A stretch of DNA of 64,000 nucleotides, taken from an uncultured Gammaproteobacteria bacterium. Its GTDB lineage: Bacteria; Patescibacteriota; Microgenomatia; Curtissbacterales; GWA2-41-24. A program made the translations under genes and the position numbers. Location of the stretch: the NCBI GenBank assembly GCA_964492425.1, contig CAZBKB010000003.1:6682-70681 (forward strand), given 5' to 3'. The notes beneath the pieces are model-generated. The model saw only the letters and a list, made by a program, of their open reading frames with translations, ran no database searches and had not been told where the DNA came from. This document shows positions 29,465 to 39,549 of the stretch, piece after piece (within the stretch, counting starts at the first letter, position 1; each line of letters starts with the position of its first letter).

Positions 29465-32349
29465 ACAATCGGGCTCACCCCGATTAGGCTTTGAAGAGTC
29501 AAGAGATATTTAGGCTCATATTTAAACACATTAGACGGGTAAATATTATTAATTGGCGATGTAAAATACCTGGCCATAGAAACAATACCCCCCTCTTCAC
29601 AGTCTACATACAAACCACCATTAATTGTCAAGGCGCCCGATGGGCCTACTCCAGCACTTGGAATATCTGAATCAAAAAAACCCTTTTTTGCAATATAAAC
29701 CCCGTCAACTCTTGTCACATCGAGCTCAACCGTAATGTTCCCACTCACAATAAATGTGGCTGTGCTTTGCGCGTCTGGAAGCACAACATTATCCGCAATT
29801 CTCAAGTTGCCGTCCACAATCATCACCAAATTGCCGGAAGGAAAAATATCAATATTGCTTAAGACTCGCTCTGTCGCCCTGCAAAGCTTAATGCCAACAC
29901 TCATACCGCAATTCTCAGGAGGAGCTTTTTCCATAAGCCGGGTGTAAAAATAGTCGTAAATTCCGCCACCGGGAACTTGAGGTTTTATGTAATTACCCAG
30001 AATCTTACTATTCCTAGAAGTAACTTTAGAATCTATACTCTGCGCCACAATAATATAATCAGATTGATATTTCATGTCTGGAGAGGGAATGTCAGCAGAC
30101 CTGAAACCAACCGAGATATTAGCGGCTGCTCCAATATCCCCCCCGACAGTTTCGAAAAATTTATCAACAGAAACGCTGTAAGTAAAACCTCCGGACCTGT
30201 TATTGGAAAAATCAGGATCTACCCCCGGACTTGGCAAAAATGAACACGACGGTACAACATAGGCATATGCGGTAGCTGAAGTCTCCACAGGGCCAACCGC
30301 AAAACTAACAGGTACCTCAGCAGTCCCTCCGGCGGGGATTGATCCAACGGCATATTCCTGGTTAACATTGTTTCCATCCCTGGGTGGCACGGCAACCCCG
30401 GACCCCGGACAAACCGGCAAGCCGGCACCGTTATAGAAGAAATAGAACCTTGTCGGAGCTGAAGCGGTCAGTGAATTATTTCTCACCTCAACCCTAAGGG
30501 TCGCATTACTGCCCAACTCAAACGTCTGTGTAACAACACCGGCATTATTTCTCCAGGAACCGGGAACTATACTTGCTGACAAATCATAAGATATATTCAC
30601 ACAGTTCAGCGTCGTAACAGCCGTTCCGGGCACAGTTGTAGAATTTGCCGGATAAATATGTGAACTGTCCCCAGTTGTATTACTATGTGCCTTAACACGC
30701 CAGTAATATGTTTTGCTATTGGCCGGCACAACCTGGTCTCCAGCAGTCCCTGGGTCCACATCGCTGCCTACAGTAGTATCCATTGTGTTTGCAGCAGACC
30801 ACACGAATGAAGGTGTAACCAAACCAGTACCACTTTTCTCGGCAGCGCTCCTATTAATAGTCTTTACCCCCCATGGGGATGGTAGTGTCGCACTTGTCCA
30901 GGCGGCACCGTTAACATCCAACCAGAAAAGGTCTTCAGTTGTCGAATTGTCTGTGAATGTAAAAGTCACAGTAGGTGCTCCCGCCGAACACCCGGCCACC
31001 GCCGACAATGCAGATGGGTTTGCAGGGCTAACTGTAACCGTAACCGAAGCCGATGTTGATCCACCAGCATTTGTGCAAGTCAGTGTATATGTTTTGTCTA
31101 CTGTCAGAGCCCCTGTTGATGCAGTGCCGTTGTTCATGGTAGACCAATTCCCCGCCGGCATATTAAGGGTATTGGTACAGCCAGTTGGAGAGCCTGATAT
31201 TGTCCAAGTTAAAGTTGATGCTGTATTGTAGGCAACTGGATTCGGGCTCGCAGTCAGTGTCACTACAGGCGCTGCTAAGGTTGTAAAGCTCATAACAGAT
31301 CCAAAAGCGGATCCGCTAGCGTTGCTTGCGATTGCACAATAGTAATACAGTGTACCAGTAGTTAAACCTGTAAGGCTTCGGCTGTATGAAACGGCTGCGG
31401 AACCTGAACCTAAACTGGTACCCCCGCTAAGTGGGGCTCGCGTGCCAAAAGTATCATTACAGTTCGCACCAGGGTTGGTTGAACTATAACGAAACCAGCC
31501 TGTAGTTGCAGCACCGTTTGGATTAGCGGACCCGTTTAAGGTTGCGGTGGTTGTAGTTATGCTGGTTGCTGCGGAAGTTGTAACCGTTGGTACTGGTGTG
31601 TAAGTATATGTTGCATATATTGAATATGTCGTGTTGCTTTGCGGTGTACCTGCCGGGGCAGTTGCAGGAAATGCAGTTCCCCAGGTTAAAGCAAAGTATC
31701 TGAAGTTATTAGTACCTCCAATACTATCCAGTTTTGGATTATTTAGATTATTATTTGTGCCGTTTGTCGTATACATCAGCCAGTAAGAAGCATTGGCATT
31801 TAGAGTTGCCGGAGTAACTGCAATCGTATTCCAAGAATTGGCAACCAAAGTCCCTGATGCAGAATTTGTAACTTTGGTTCCCGGTACGCCTGCATTATCG
31901 TTGTAAATTACCACCGCGTAGCTTTTGCTGCCTGCAGCACCAACATTTCCGACATACACTGACATACTGGTAACTGTTCCGGATGTAGAACCCATTGTAA
32001 ACCTGGTACCACCAACATTATTTTGATCACAACAATCAGAGAATGCACCAATGGAACCGTACCCAAATGTTCCAGTTGCAGCGACCTGGCCTTGTCTTGC
32101 AAAAGTCGCAGGTTCGGAAAGATTGCTTGCTAACTTATCATCACCCCCAAAAGGCCTTGTTACAGTTGGAGAAACTAAAGCCTGGAGAGGCTCCCAGAAA
32201 CTTTCAGACTTATCACCTAAGTAGATCACAAACGCCGCCGATGCACTCAAGCCTACAAAAATCAAAACCAAAACGAGACCTGCTATTCTTAGCTTACACT
32301 TAACTATAACTTTTTGTATTTTTTTTCTATCTTGGGCAGACTGAACCAC
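29443..32349 (-). CDS. Large membrane-anchored modular surface protein, paralog of 25038-28625
   Basis: ORF-track start (32400) coincides with a TTGACA -35 box (17 nt to TACCAT), so GTG at 32349 is the likelier start; TM helix, beta-rich domains, Fn3-like module, WREVEP end. Confidence 0.75.
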   Translation of the reverse strand: MVQSAQDRKKIQKVIVKCKLRIAGLVLVLIFVGLSASAAFVIYLGDKSESFWEPLQALVSPTVTRPFGGDDKLASNLSEPATFARQGQVAATGTFGYGSIGAFSDCCDQNNVGGTRFTMGSTSGTVTSMSVYVGNVGAAGSKSYAVVIYNDNAGVPGTKVTNSASGTLVANSWNTIAVTPATLNANASYWLMYTTNGTNNNLNNPKLDSIGGTNNFRYFALTWGTAFPATAPAGTPQSNTTYSIYATYTYTPVPTVTTSAATSITTTTATLNGSANPNGAATTGWFRYSSTNPGANCNDTFGTRAPLSGGTSLGSGSAAVSYSRSLTGLTTGTLYYYCAIASNASGSAFGSVMSFTTLAAPVVTLTASPNPVAYNTASTLTWTISGSPTGCTNTLNMPAGNWSTMNNGTASTGALTVDKTYTLTCTNAGGSTSASVTVTVSPANPSALSAVAGCSAGAPTVTFTFTDNSTTEDLFWLDVNGAAWTSATLPSPWGVKTINRSAAEKSGTGLVTPSFVWSAANTMDTTVGSDVDPGTAGDQVVPANSKTYYWRVKAHSNTTGDSSHIYPANSTTVPGTAVTTLNCVNISYDLSASIVPGSWRNNAGVVTQTFELGSNATLRVEVRNNSLTASAPTRFYFFYNGAGLPVCPGSGVAVPPRDGNNVNQEYAVGSIPAGGTAEVPVSFAVGPVETSATAYAYVVPSCSFLPSPGVDPDFSNNRSGGFTYSVSVDKFFETVGGDIGAAANISVGFRSADIPSPDMKYQSDYIIVAQSIDSKVTSRNSKILGNYIKPQVPGGGIYDYFYTRLMEKAPPENCGMSVGIKLCRATERVLSNIDIFPSGNLVMIVDGNLRIADNVVLPDAQSTATFIVSGNITVELDVTRVDGVYIAKKGFFDSDIPSAGVGPSGALTINGGLYVDCEEGGIVSMARYFTSPINNIYPSNVFKYEPKYLLTLQSLIGVSPIVWREVEP

Positions 32350-32406
32350 TAAAAAAACTTCCTCTAATTTGATGGTAGAGTAGCCATACCTGGGTGTCAA
32401 GGAAAT

Positions 32407-32661
32407 TCAGAAGCCGTATGGAGAGTATTTACCACCAACAACAGGAGTTGCTGCCGTAAGTAACCCCTTTTGCAATAAAAATAAAGTAATTAAAAGAAAA
32501 AGTGCAACAACCGCAGCCAAAATTACCAGTCCGTTTTCCCTATAAAAATTCTTCTTCGTCAGACCGGGCGCGATATAGTATGGCGTTATATCAGCCATTC
32601 TTCTGTCAAAACTCTGCAATGTCGAAAGAGGCGGTACTCCGGCGATAACAGAATCAGGCAT
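32407..32661 (-). CDS. Small hypothetical membrane protein
   Basis: Single TM helix. Confidence 0.6.
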   Translation of the reverse strand: MPDSVIAGVPPLSTLQSFDRRMADITPYYIAPGLTKKNFYRENGLVILAAVVALFLLITLFLLQKGLLTAATPVVGGKYSPYGF

Positions 32662-32744
32662 AACTTAAGCCTAAACCATTAAAACAAAAATATCAATAAA
32701 TCGCCGGCAAACAACTATAAGATAAATATTGTCTAAACTATAAG

Positions 32745-34292
32745 CTAATTATTTAATGGCGAGAGCTCATAGGTACAAAAACGTGGTTCAGCGATATATA
32801 CTCGGTTTCCTACAACCTCAAAAATGACATAAGGTTCAGCGGCACCTGTATAAAGATCAAATCTTTTAAAACCTAACCTTCGTCCGTGGGCGTCTGTCCA
32901 GTTATGGACAAAACCTACAAGAATTTTAAACCTTTCTCTCTGATAACCTTGTTGGTAATTTAGGTACATCTCCCTGGTCAATCGCTTTGGGACACCACCG
33001 GGGATGGGCCAATTGACGTTAACATCATACGTTTGCCCTTCATCCATTTCCAAACTGCATCGCTGAAGGATTCTTAAGTCAGCCTTATGGCTGTAAAGCC
33101 CAACTTCGTTAAATCGACCAAATTCCAGATTTTCAGGAACCTGCATGTTATACGCCGCTTCAAGATCAGCGGGAGTACCGGATAAAAGGTGATTTATAAA
33201 TTCCCAAGCCATATTGTAACTTTCCTCCTCGGCAAGCCTTGCCCATGCTTCACGCTGCGACGGATTGTATGGGTCGAGTCCCCGAATCCGGTCAACTGCT
33301 CCCCCGGGTGGTGAAGTAAGACCAGATTCCCATGGCGGCGAGACAGGGTCAACGGTAATTGGCCCCAAGGTTGGCACCGGAGCCATTGTCGGCCTCATTT
33401 CAACTGTCGGCGCAAGCTCGGCATCGGAATTACTCCAGCGGATATCATTTCTTATTATCCCGCCACATAATTTGATCGACTCCTCACCCGGTCCGCATCG
33501 TCGTCTGTCTGCAGTCCTTGCATCATCCTGGTCCTGATACATAATTCCCTTATAATCAGTCCCCGCTCCTTCTATAGTCCACCCCGACATAACAATCCTA
33601 TCTATCTCAATGGGCTTTCCGTTAAGTTCTCCGTAAAAATGCAGATGCTGGCCTTCTGTAGTACCCCCGGGAGGCGATTCACACGAAACATAACCAAGAG
33701 CATCTCCCTGCTCCACATACTGTCCTATTTCAACCAATATATTATCAAGGTGCATATAACCCGAAGTAAATTCCTCCCCATGGTCAATTTCGACAACACT
33801 GTGGAACTTATCAGCTGTATCATTTTCATTGCCAACAGCAGTCACTTCCCCGTTTGCAATGGCCCGAACAGTTTTTTCCATGTAAGGATTACTCCCAGGA
33901 CAAGCCCGCCGCACTCCAGCTGGTGTTACGTCAATTGCATACTTTACACCATTTGATAATGCGTCACTATGCGGGCCGCCTGTATACCACCACGTTTCAT
34001 ACGGACTAAACGGCAATATCAAGCTATATTTCAACCTCCCTTGAAGGTCAGATGTCTTCGGGGTATCCTCTTCCCCGCATACGGCACCGCCGTATACGGC
34101 AGCAGCTACTGCCATAGCAGTTGGAGTAATGTAGCGGGCAAGTTTCTTTGGTAAATATTTTGTAATATCAGGAAAATTTAACTTTCCGGGGCGATTTACA
34201 GCCTGTTCCGCTGCAACAGCCAAACCAACATTAGCGTCAATGTTGCCTCTCAAATCTTCATGAGGAAAAATTCCATCCTCTTTCATACGCAA
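32745..34292 (-). CDS. M23 family metallopeptidase with uncharacterised C-terminal region
   Basis: GGPH...AIDV, VRAIANGEV, IDH...YMHL, HLHF; TTGACA box just upstream, likely ATG at 34286. Confidence 0.88.
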   Translation of the reverse strand: MRMKEDGIFPHEDLRGNIDANVGLAVAAEQAVNRPGKLNFPDITKYLPKKLARYITPTAMAVAAAVYGGAVCGEEDTPKTSDLQGRLKYSLILPFSPYETWWYTGGPHSDALSNGVKYAIDVTPAGVRRACPGSNPYMEKTVRAIANGEVTAVGNENDTADKFHSVVEIDHGEEFTSGYMHLDNILVEIGQYVEQGDALGYVSCESPPGGTTEGQHLHFYGELNGKPIEIDRIVMSGWTIEGAGTDYKGIMYQDQDDARTADRRRCGPGEESIKLCGGIIRNDIRWSNSDAELAPTVEMRPTMAPVPTLGPITVDPVSPPWESGLTSPPGGAVDRIRGLDPYNPSQREAWARLAEEESYNMAWEFINHLLSGTPADLEAAYNMQVPENLEFGRFNEVGLYSHKADLRILQRCSLEMDEGQTYDVNVNWPIPGGVPKRLTREMYLNYQQGYQRERFKILVGFVHNWTDAHGRRLGFKRFDLYTGAAEPYVIFEVVGNRVYIAEPRFCTYELSPLNN

Positions 34293-34606
34293 ATTTTATA
34301 TAAACCGAAAGGCTTCTCTTGTCAACGAGGGAATGGGTCATAAACTGCCCGCAAACTTGTCACACAAAGATTCATCGTGGTGGAAGCTTATGCGACATAA
34401 GGTTCAGGCTTTACCTCATTTCGGTTATACGAATCTACAAATCTATTCTACCCGACTACCGACCTTATTGGCCCATCGACCATACCGACCACCACATTAC
34501 AAATCAAAATATATCAAACAGTTATTTTTATATATCCTTTATGTTCTATTTTTTGTCTTTGACTTTTCCCCCCACTCTGTTAAAATTCTCACAACAGAGC
34601 CAGTTT

Positions 34607-35818
34607 ATGAAAAAATTGGGACAATACAGAGTCGCTTATTCAATAATAGTCTTAGCCACAGTCGCCATCCTTGCAACTATTGCCATATTTTACGCAAGGG
34701 GTTTTAAACCAAACCTCCAAAATGGCACAATAGACAGAACCGGGCTCATAGTCGCCAACTCCACACCTACCGGTGCAAACGTTTACATAGACGGACGTCT
34801 AGCCTCTGCAACTAATACGACTATAACTTACTTAGAACCTAAAACCTATCAGATCAGGATCGAAAAAGACGGTTATTCACCCTGGGAAAAAAGCGTCGAA
34901 ATCAAAGAGGACCTGGCAACAGAAATCCATGCCCTTCTCTTCCCGCTAGCGCCCGAAATAAAACCGTTAACCATCACTGGCGCAGTAAACCCCACTCTTT
35001 CCCCGGACGGCACTGAAATCGCCTATGGCGTCTCGGGAGAAAAAGGCGGGATTTGGATATTACCAATGGAATCCAGTCCATTCTCGTTTCGCCAAAATGC
35101 AAGGCAGGTTGCCAAGAATACAAGCAAGTTTGACTTCTCAAAAAGCACCTTTATTTGGGATCCAGATTCAAAACAGCTTATCACCCGTTTTGTTGACTCA
35201 AGTGGAAATGCAACTGCCAACTTGCTGCTGGACACTGAATCGGCAAATCAGGAGCCCAGAGATATCACAGCTTCACTAACTGCAACGCTTGCCAGTTGGC
35301 AGCAAATTATAAACGAACGCACCCAAACTGCGACATTAAATGTCCCAGATGCAGTCAAAAACGCCACAGCATCCGCATCCGTTGCTTCACCATCACCGGC
35401 ATCAACATCAAAACCGACAGCCAGCCCCGCTCCGAAAGCAATTGTAAATACATTAGTTCTTAATTATTTCCCAACAGGCATGATACTTTCTCCCAACGAA
35501 GAAAAAATTCTATACAAAAATAACGAGGGTAAATACAAAGTTTACAATTTAAAGGAAGAGAAAGAATTCACCCTGCCGGACTTGCCCCAAATAATTAATA
35601 TTTCATGGTTTCCTGATTCTGACCACCTGGTAATTGCCCAAAACGGTTCAATTTCCATAATCGAATCAGACGGTACAAATAACATAACAGTTTATACAGG
35701 AAAATTTGAAAACGGTTTTGTATTTGCCCACCCTTCGGCAACCAGGCTAATAATACTCACAACTCTTACACAGCAGGAAAGTTCCCCCGCTAACCTCTAT
35801 TCAATAAACCTTAGATAG
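34607..35818 (+). CDS. PEGA domain plus TolB-like propeller protein
   Basis: TM helix, STPTGANVYIDG..Y.IRIEKDGY (PEGA), SPDG/WDPDS/WFPDS repeats; ATG 34607 preferred over the ORF-track start. Confidence 0.85.
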   Translation: MKKLGQYRVAYSIIVLATVAILATIAIFYARGFKPNLQNGTIDRTGLIVANSTPTGANVYIDGRLASATNTTITYLEPKTYQIRIEKDGYSPWEKSVEIKEDLATEIHALLFPLAPEIKPLTITGAVNPTLSPDGTEIAYGVSGEKGGIWILPMESSPFSFRQNARQVAKNTSKFDFSKSTFIWDPDSKQLITRFVDSSGNATANLLLDTESANQEPRDITASLTATLASWQQIINERTQTATLNVPDAVKNATASASVASPSPASTSKPTASPAPKAIVNTLVLNYFPTGMILSPNEEKILYKNNEGKYKVYNLKEEKEFTLPDLPQIINISWFPDSDHLVIAQNGSISIIESDGTNNITVYTGKFENGFVFAHPSATRLIILTTLTQQESSPANLYSINLR

Positions 35819-35830
35819 TTCGTAGACAGG

Positions 35831-36514
35831 CTATTCACCCCCCACTGCACTTGCCGGTTTTGCGATAACCAACAGCCTTTTCCAGGTTGTTCCCGGTGGA
35901 TAACATGTTTGCAATACCAGAATTTGCTCTTGTGTCACAAGCGTAAAATAACTGACATCCTCCGGTTCAGTTATCTTTTTTTCCGTAACTTTATAGTTAA
36001 ACCTCTTGTTATTAAAAAACACTACAACATCATCCCCCGCCACTAAATCATTCAAAAGATAAAAAATCGCATTATACCTGGGAACGTTAAATATCGTATC
36101 TGTTGAATGAGCAAATAAGTATGTAACACCCGCCTGCCCCGGGAAAGACGTACCTAAGGCGTGTGCCACACCGCGCTTGAGAGCTTCATTATAAACTGCT
36201 TTATTAGAAGCATCTACATTGGGAATAACAGGTGCATCTGCTCCAATCTTTTCAACGATTATCGAAAAATTCGGGTCTTTTGGCACCAATAATTTTACAT
36301 TCTCATCTTCTCTACCCAACAAAGATCCGAACGACCGGCCACCACCCGAAGCCGACTGTGCCACTTCAAACTTTTTACCAGAAATACCGTCAATAGCATG
36401 ACCAATATACGCACCCATAACCGGCCAAAAAGTAAAACCTATGGCAACAAAAGCGCCAATAACTAAAAAGTTTCCGATGGTCCTGACCAAAAGGACTTTT
36501 TTGTCAATTCGCAT
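35831..36514 (-). CDS. Sortase
   Basis: N-terminal TM helix, GVAH, FAHS (His), LQTCYPP (Cys), RLLV (Arg). Confidence 0.92.
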   Translation of the reverse strand: MRIDKKVLLVRTIGNFLVIGAFVAIGFTFWPVMGAYIGHAIDGISGKKFEVAQSASGGGRSFGSLLGREDENVKLLVPKDPNFSIIVEKIGADAPVIPNVDASNKAVYNEALKRGVAHALGTSFPGQAGVTYLFAHSTDTIFNVPRYNAIFYLLNDLVAGDDVVVFFNNKRFNYKVTEKKITEPEDVSYFTLVTQEQILVLQTCYPPGTTWKRLLVIAKPASAVGGE

Positions 36515-36611
36515 AGGGATATAGATTATTATAGAAGGTGAGCGTTAAATTTAAAAACCGACACATAGCAGGTTGTGCGAAGCGCAAGGCTGATATATAA
36601 TCTGGCAACAT

Positions 36612-36685
36612 GCGCCCGTAGTTCAACTGGATAGAACAGTCGCGTCCTAAGCGATCGGTTACAGGTTCAAGTCCTGTCGGGCGTA
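36612..36685 (+). tRNA. tRNA-Arg(CCT)
   Basis: Acceptor GCGCCCG/CGGGCGT, anticodon arm GTCGC-GTCCTAA-GCGAT, GGTTCAAGTCC. Confidence 0.93.
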
Positions 36686-36788
36686 CAAATTATAATAAAA
36701 GGAGTTCGCTTCCAGGTAAAGCGAAGACTCTCGAAAGCAGCTCCATCCTAAATTACATAGGCGATAATTCAGTAGAGCCAGTAGTCAA

Positions 36789-37196
36789 TTAACAGCCGGA
36801 AGTACGGGTATACTTTTGATCTAACTCGATTTGAGATACAGACATATAGATTATCTTTAAGCTGCAAAGCGATTCCAAACTCAGCGTGTTTTTAAGCGAA
36901 AGCTGTGCAGCCAATTTATTGTCGATATAAACAGGCAGCGTCGAGCCCTCTACAAAAACGTAATACAAATTAGAATCGCTTGCATAAGTAATTTTGTAGC
37001 TGTCTGTCACCAGGGGGAAATTGGCTGTATTCACAACAACTTTATCCTTAAAAAAAGGCTTAAAAGTTACGCTAAGGCTCGCCTTATTAAGCGAATTTGG
37101 ATAATAAATGAGAGTAAAATAAACAAGAACAGCAAAAAAAACCAGAATTAGCCCCTGGAATGCTACCATCATTGGCTTGTGAATACCCTCTTCCAA
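36789..37196 (-). CDS. Hypothetical membrane-anchored protein
   Basis: TM helix, terminal Cys pair; TTG at 37196 is in frame with ORF 36789-37220 and follows the upstream stop. Confidence 0.65.
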   Translation of the reverse strand: MEEGIHKPMMVAFQGLILVFFAVLVYFTLIYYPNSLNKASLSVTFKPFFKDKVVVNTANFPLVTDSYKITYASDSNLYYVFVEGSTLPVYIDNKLAAQLSLKNTLSLESLCSLKIIYMSVSQIELDQKYTRTSGC

Positions 37197-37197
37197 C

Positions 37198-37371
37198 TTA
37201 ATACCCCCTTGAAACCGCAAACTGATGAAGAGATAGCAAAAGCGCGATAAACGTAAAAACTAAAATAGCCAAAGAAACGACAGGATCCAAAAGGAAACCG
37301 GTAAATGAATTGTCCCGACCAAAATGCCTCCTCCCAGGCTCCTGGAAACTGCGGCTTTTTTTCTTTTTCAT
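37198..37371 (-). CDS. Small 57-aa membrane protein (below the ORF-track cutoff)
   Basis: MKKKKSRS...DPVVSLAILVFTFIALLLSL...GY*; basic N-terminus plus TM helix; abuts the next gene. Confidence 0.6.
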   Translation of the reverse strand: MKKKKSRSFQEPGRRHFGRDNSFTGFLLDPVVSLAILVFTFIALLLSLHQFAVSRGY

Positions 37372-37531
37372 GGGCAGGCTTAATTTAAGCTTATAACTTT
37401 AGCTTTACCCGTGTCAAACACAATACATCGTTACACATAGTTACATTGTTATATTGATATATTGGTTCTATAAAAAAGTTCTTAGACAATCTAACCATCT
37501 ATCCAACTATCTAACTAACTAACTAATAAAG

Positions 37532-37603
37532 TCGGGGTGCTGGGAATTGAACCCAGTGTCTCTCCGTCCCGAACGAAGCGTGTTACCGATACACTACACC
37601 CCG
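37532..37603 (-). tRNA. tRNA-Pro(CGG)
   Basis: Minus strand CGGGGTG...CACCCCG-A, anticodon arm CTTCG-TTCGGGA-CGGAG, GGTTCAATTCC. Confidence 0.95.
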
Positions 37604-37663
37604 CAATAACAATCTAAAATTCCTTAGGGAATTATACCAACTTTTAAAAATGAAGGGAGTTGA

Positions 37664-39403
37664 TTACAGACAATTAGTACTGACTTGGGCAAGAAGTACA
37701 GATACATCCTGCAAGGTAACCGAACCATTAGGTGGACCCGACCTCCATGGCTGGCCCGGGAATGGACTTGGAGTTCTGTCATACTCTCGACCATCTGCAA
37801 TACCATTTCCATTAAAATCACTATTGTACCTCATCCCGACAGCATTAGGTTGGCCACCATCGACAGTGCCTACGTAATAAAGAGCTGCAAGCACATCACC
37901 AAGGGTAACTGCCCGGTTTTTTGGCGAATTTGGGCTGGAAGCAGATAGATTGGGCACTGGCACATCACCAAAATCCCACGGGTTATTTGGGTCTCTTTGG
38001 CCGCCAAGCCTCCAGTTCCCTCCAAGCTCCTTGGCATCACTGCAGCCATCACCATCTGTATCTGCCAAAACTGTCGGAGTTGTAAAACTCATAACAGACC
38101 CAAGACCAACTCCACCGCCATTGGCGGCAATTGCACAATAGTAATATGTGCTTCCAGAGGTCAAACCCGCAATTGGCTGGTTGTACGCAACATCACTTGT
38201 CCCCGCACCCAAGAGGCTCACGTCAGTCTTAGTACCGAAAGTGTCATTGCAATTTTCCCCCGGACTAACTGAATCATATCTAAACCAACCGCCTGTTGCA
38301 TCGCCATTTGGATTAGCAGTTCCATTTAAAGTTGCAGAAGTTGAAGTAAGATTTGTCTGAATATTTGTGATAACAGTCGGTGCAGGCTGTGAAAGCGTAT
38401 CAAAGCTCAAGACGGTGCCGAACCCGTAACCACCCTCGTTCCTTGCGATCGCACAGTAAAAATATTGGGTGGAAGAGTTTAGGCCATTAACCGCTTTGCT
38501 ATACGCAACCGCGCTTGTGCCAGCACCCAACGAAGTTACCGGACTCGTTGCAGTACCAAACGTGTCGTCGCAAGTACCCGGATCAACAGTGTCATATCTA
38601 AACCATCCGTCAGTAGCACTATCATTTGGATTACCACTGCCGTTCAAAGTTGCCGCAGAAGTTGTAACACCGCTCACAGCAGAAGTTATAACTGTCGGCG
38701 GAGCCGCAGCCAGCACATCCGGCTCAAAGTCATAAGTTGTACCATTAATGGTAAGGTTGTCCACATTACCGTCAAATACCTCTGGGGTTGATCCAGGCCC
38801 AATTTCCAACCTGAACCCACCCGTACCATCTGCCCTATTAACAATTACTGGCGAAGAAGAAAAAGTGTTTACAAACGCAACATACTCAGAAAGTGTTCCG
38901 CCGGTAAATCCGGGGAAAATACTCGAAGTCCAAGCACCTGATTCAGTATCCCATGTTTGCCATTGACCAGGTTGTTCTGCCCGTGCTTGTTCTTCAGGAT
39001 CAAAACGAACCACATCAGTACCATAATCAGTCGTCACGTCTATCAAAACAACCGGATATTTGTTCCCATCCGCAACGCTGGAAGCAAAGGTAGAGTAATC
39101 CAAATTGGTTACACTTGAAAGTTGGGTACCTGCAAAACTAGTACGGTGTACCGCTATTCTTGAATTACCATGAGTCCCCGTAAACAACCTTACGCTACCA
39201 GTACCAAGTGGTGCGATATCCGGACCGGTTACAAACGTACCGGATCCATCCGGGCTCTGAACCTGGAATGCCCAACCATTCATATTACCTTGTGAAACGA
39301 CAGTAGCCGCAAGAACCTGGTTGACAACAAGGGTTAGGACTAAGACAACAGAAAGTATAGGCAGTGCGAGAAGCTTAAATATTATATTCGCGTCTTTCTT
39401 CAT
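37664..39403 (-). CDS. Secreted surface protein: beta-rich N-domain, two Fn3-like modules, C-terminal dockerin-like ('flexitail'-type) domain
   Basis: Signal peptide; 2x PTVIT...ATLNG..NPN..GWFRY..C.DTFG..YxYCAIA.N; DTDGDGCSD.KE...RDP.NPWDF.DVP...GPPNG.VTLQD...NC. Confidence 0.75.
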   Translation of the reverse strand: MKKDANIIFKLLALPILSVVLVLTLVVNQVLAATVVSQGNMNGWAFQVQSPDGSGTFVTGPDIAPLGTGSVRLFTGTHGNSRIAVHRTSFAGTQLSSVTNLDYSTFASSVADGNKYPVVLIDVTTDYGTDVVRFDPEEQARAEQPGQWQTWDTESGAWTSSIFPGFTGGTLSEYVAFVNTFSSSPVIVNRADGTGGFRLEIGPGSTPEVFDGNVDNLTINGTTYDFEPDVLAAAPPTVITSAVSGVTTSAATLNGSGNPNDSATDGWFRYDTVDPGTCDDTFGTATSPVTSLGAGTSAVAYSKAVNGLNSSTQYFYCAIARNEGGYGFGTVLSFDTLSQPAPTVITNIQTNLTSTSATLNGTANPNGDATGGWFRYDSVSPGENCNDTFGTKTDVSLLGAGTSDVAYNQPIAGLTSGSTYYYCAIAANGGGVGLGSVMSFTTPTVLADTDGDGCSDAKELGGNWRLGGQRDPNNPWDFGDVPVPNLSASSPNSPKNRAVTLGDVLAALYYVGTVDGGQPNAVGMRYNSDFNGNGIADGREYDRTPSPFPGQPWRSGPPNGSVTLQDVSVLLAQVSTNCL

Positions 39404-39549
39404 TCTACAATCGCGAAAGTATATACTAAATCGTCAAAATAATCAAGTCAAGACAGTCTAAGTAGATCAAACAATGTCGGTTACCGGTGCATGGTTACCA
39501 GTCTATGGTTCCTAAGTTTATTGTTTTTGGTTAATGGTTAATACGTCTC

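Noticed and set aside
34319-34606. N-terminal 96 aa of the PEGA ORF, and a tmRNA/riboswitch reading of the same region
   Set aside because: ATG at 34607 gives a normal signal-anchor start; the minus-strand TCCACCA lacks a preceding T-arm and c-di-AMP riboswitch motifs are not matched
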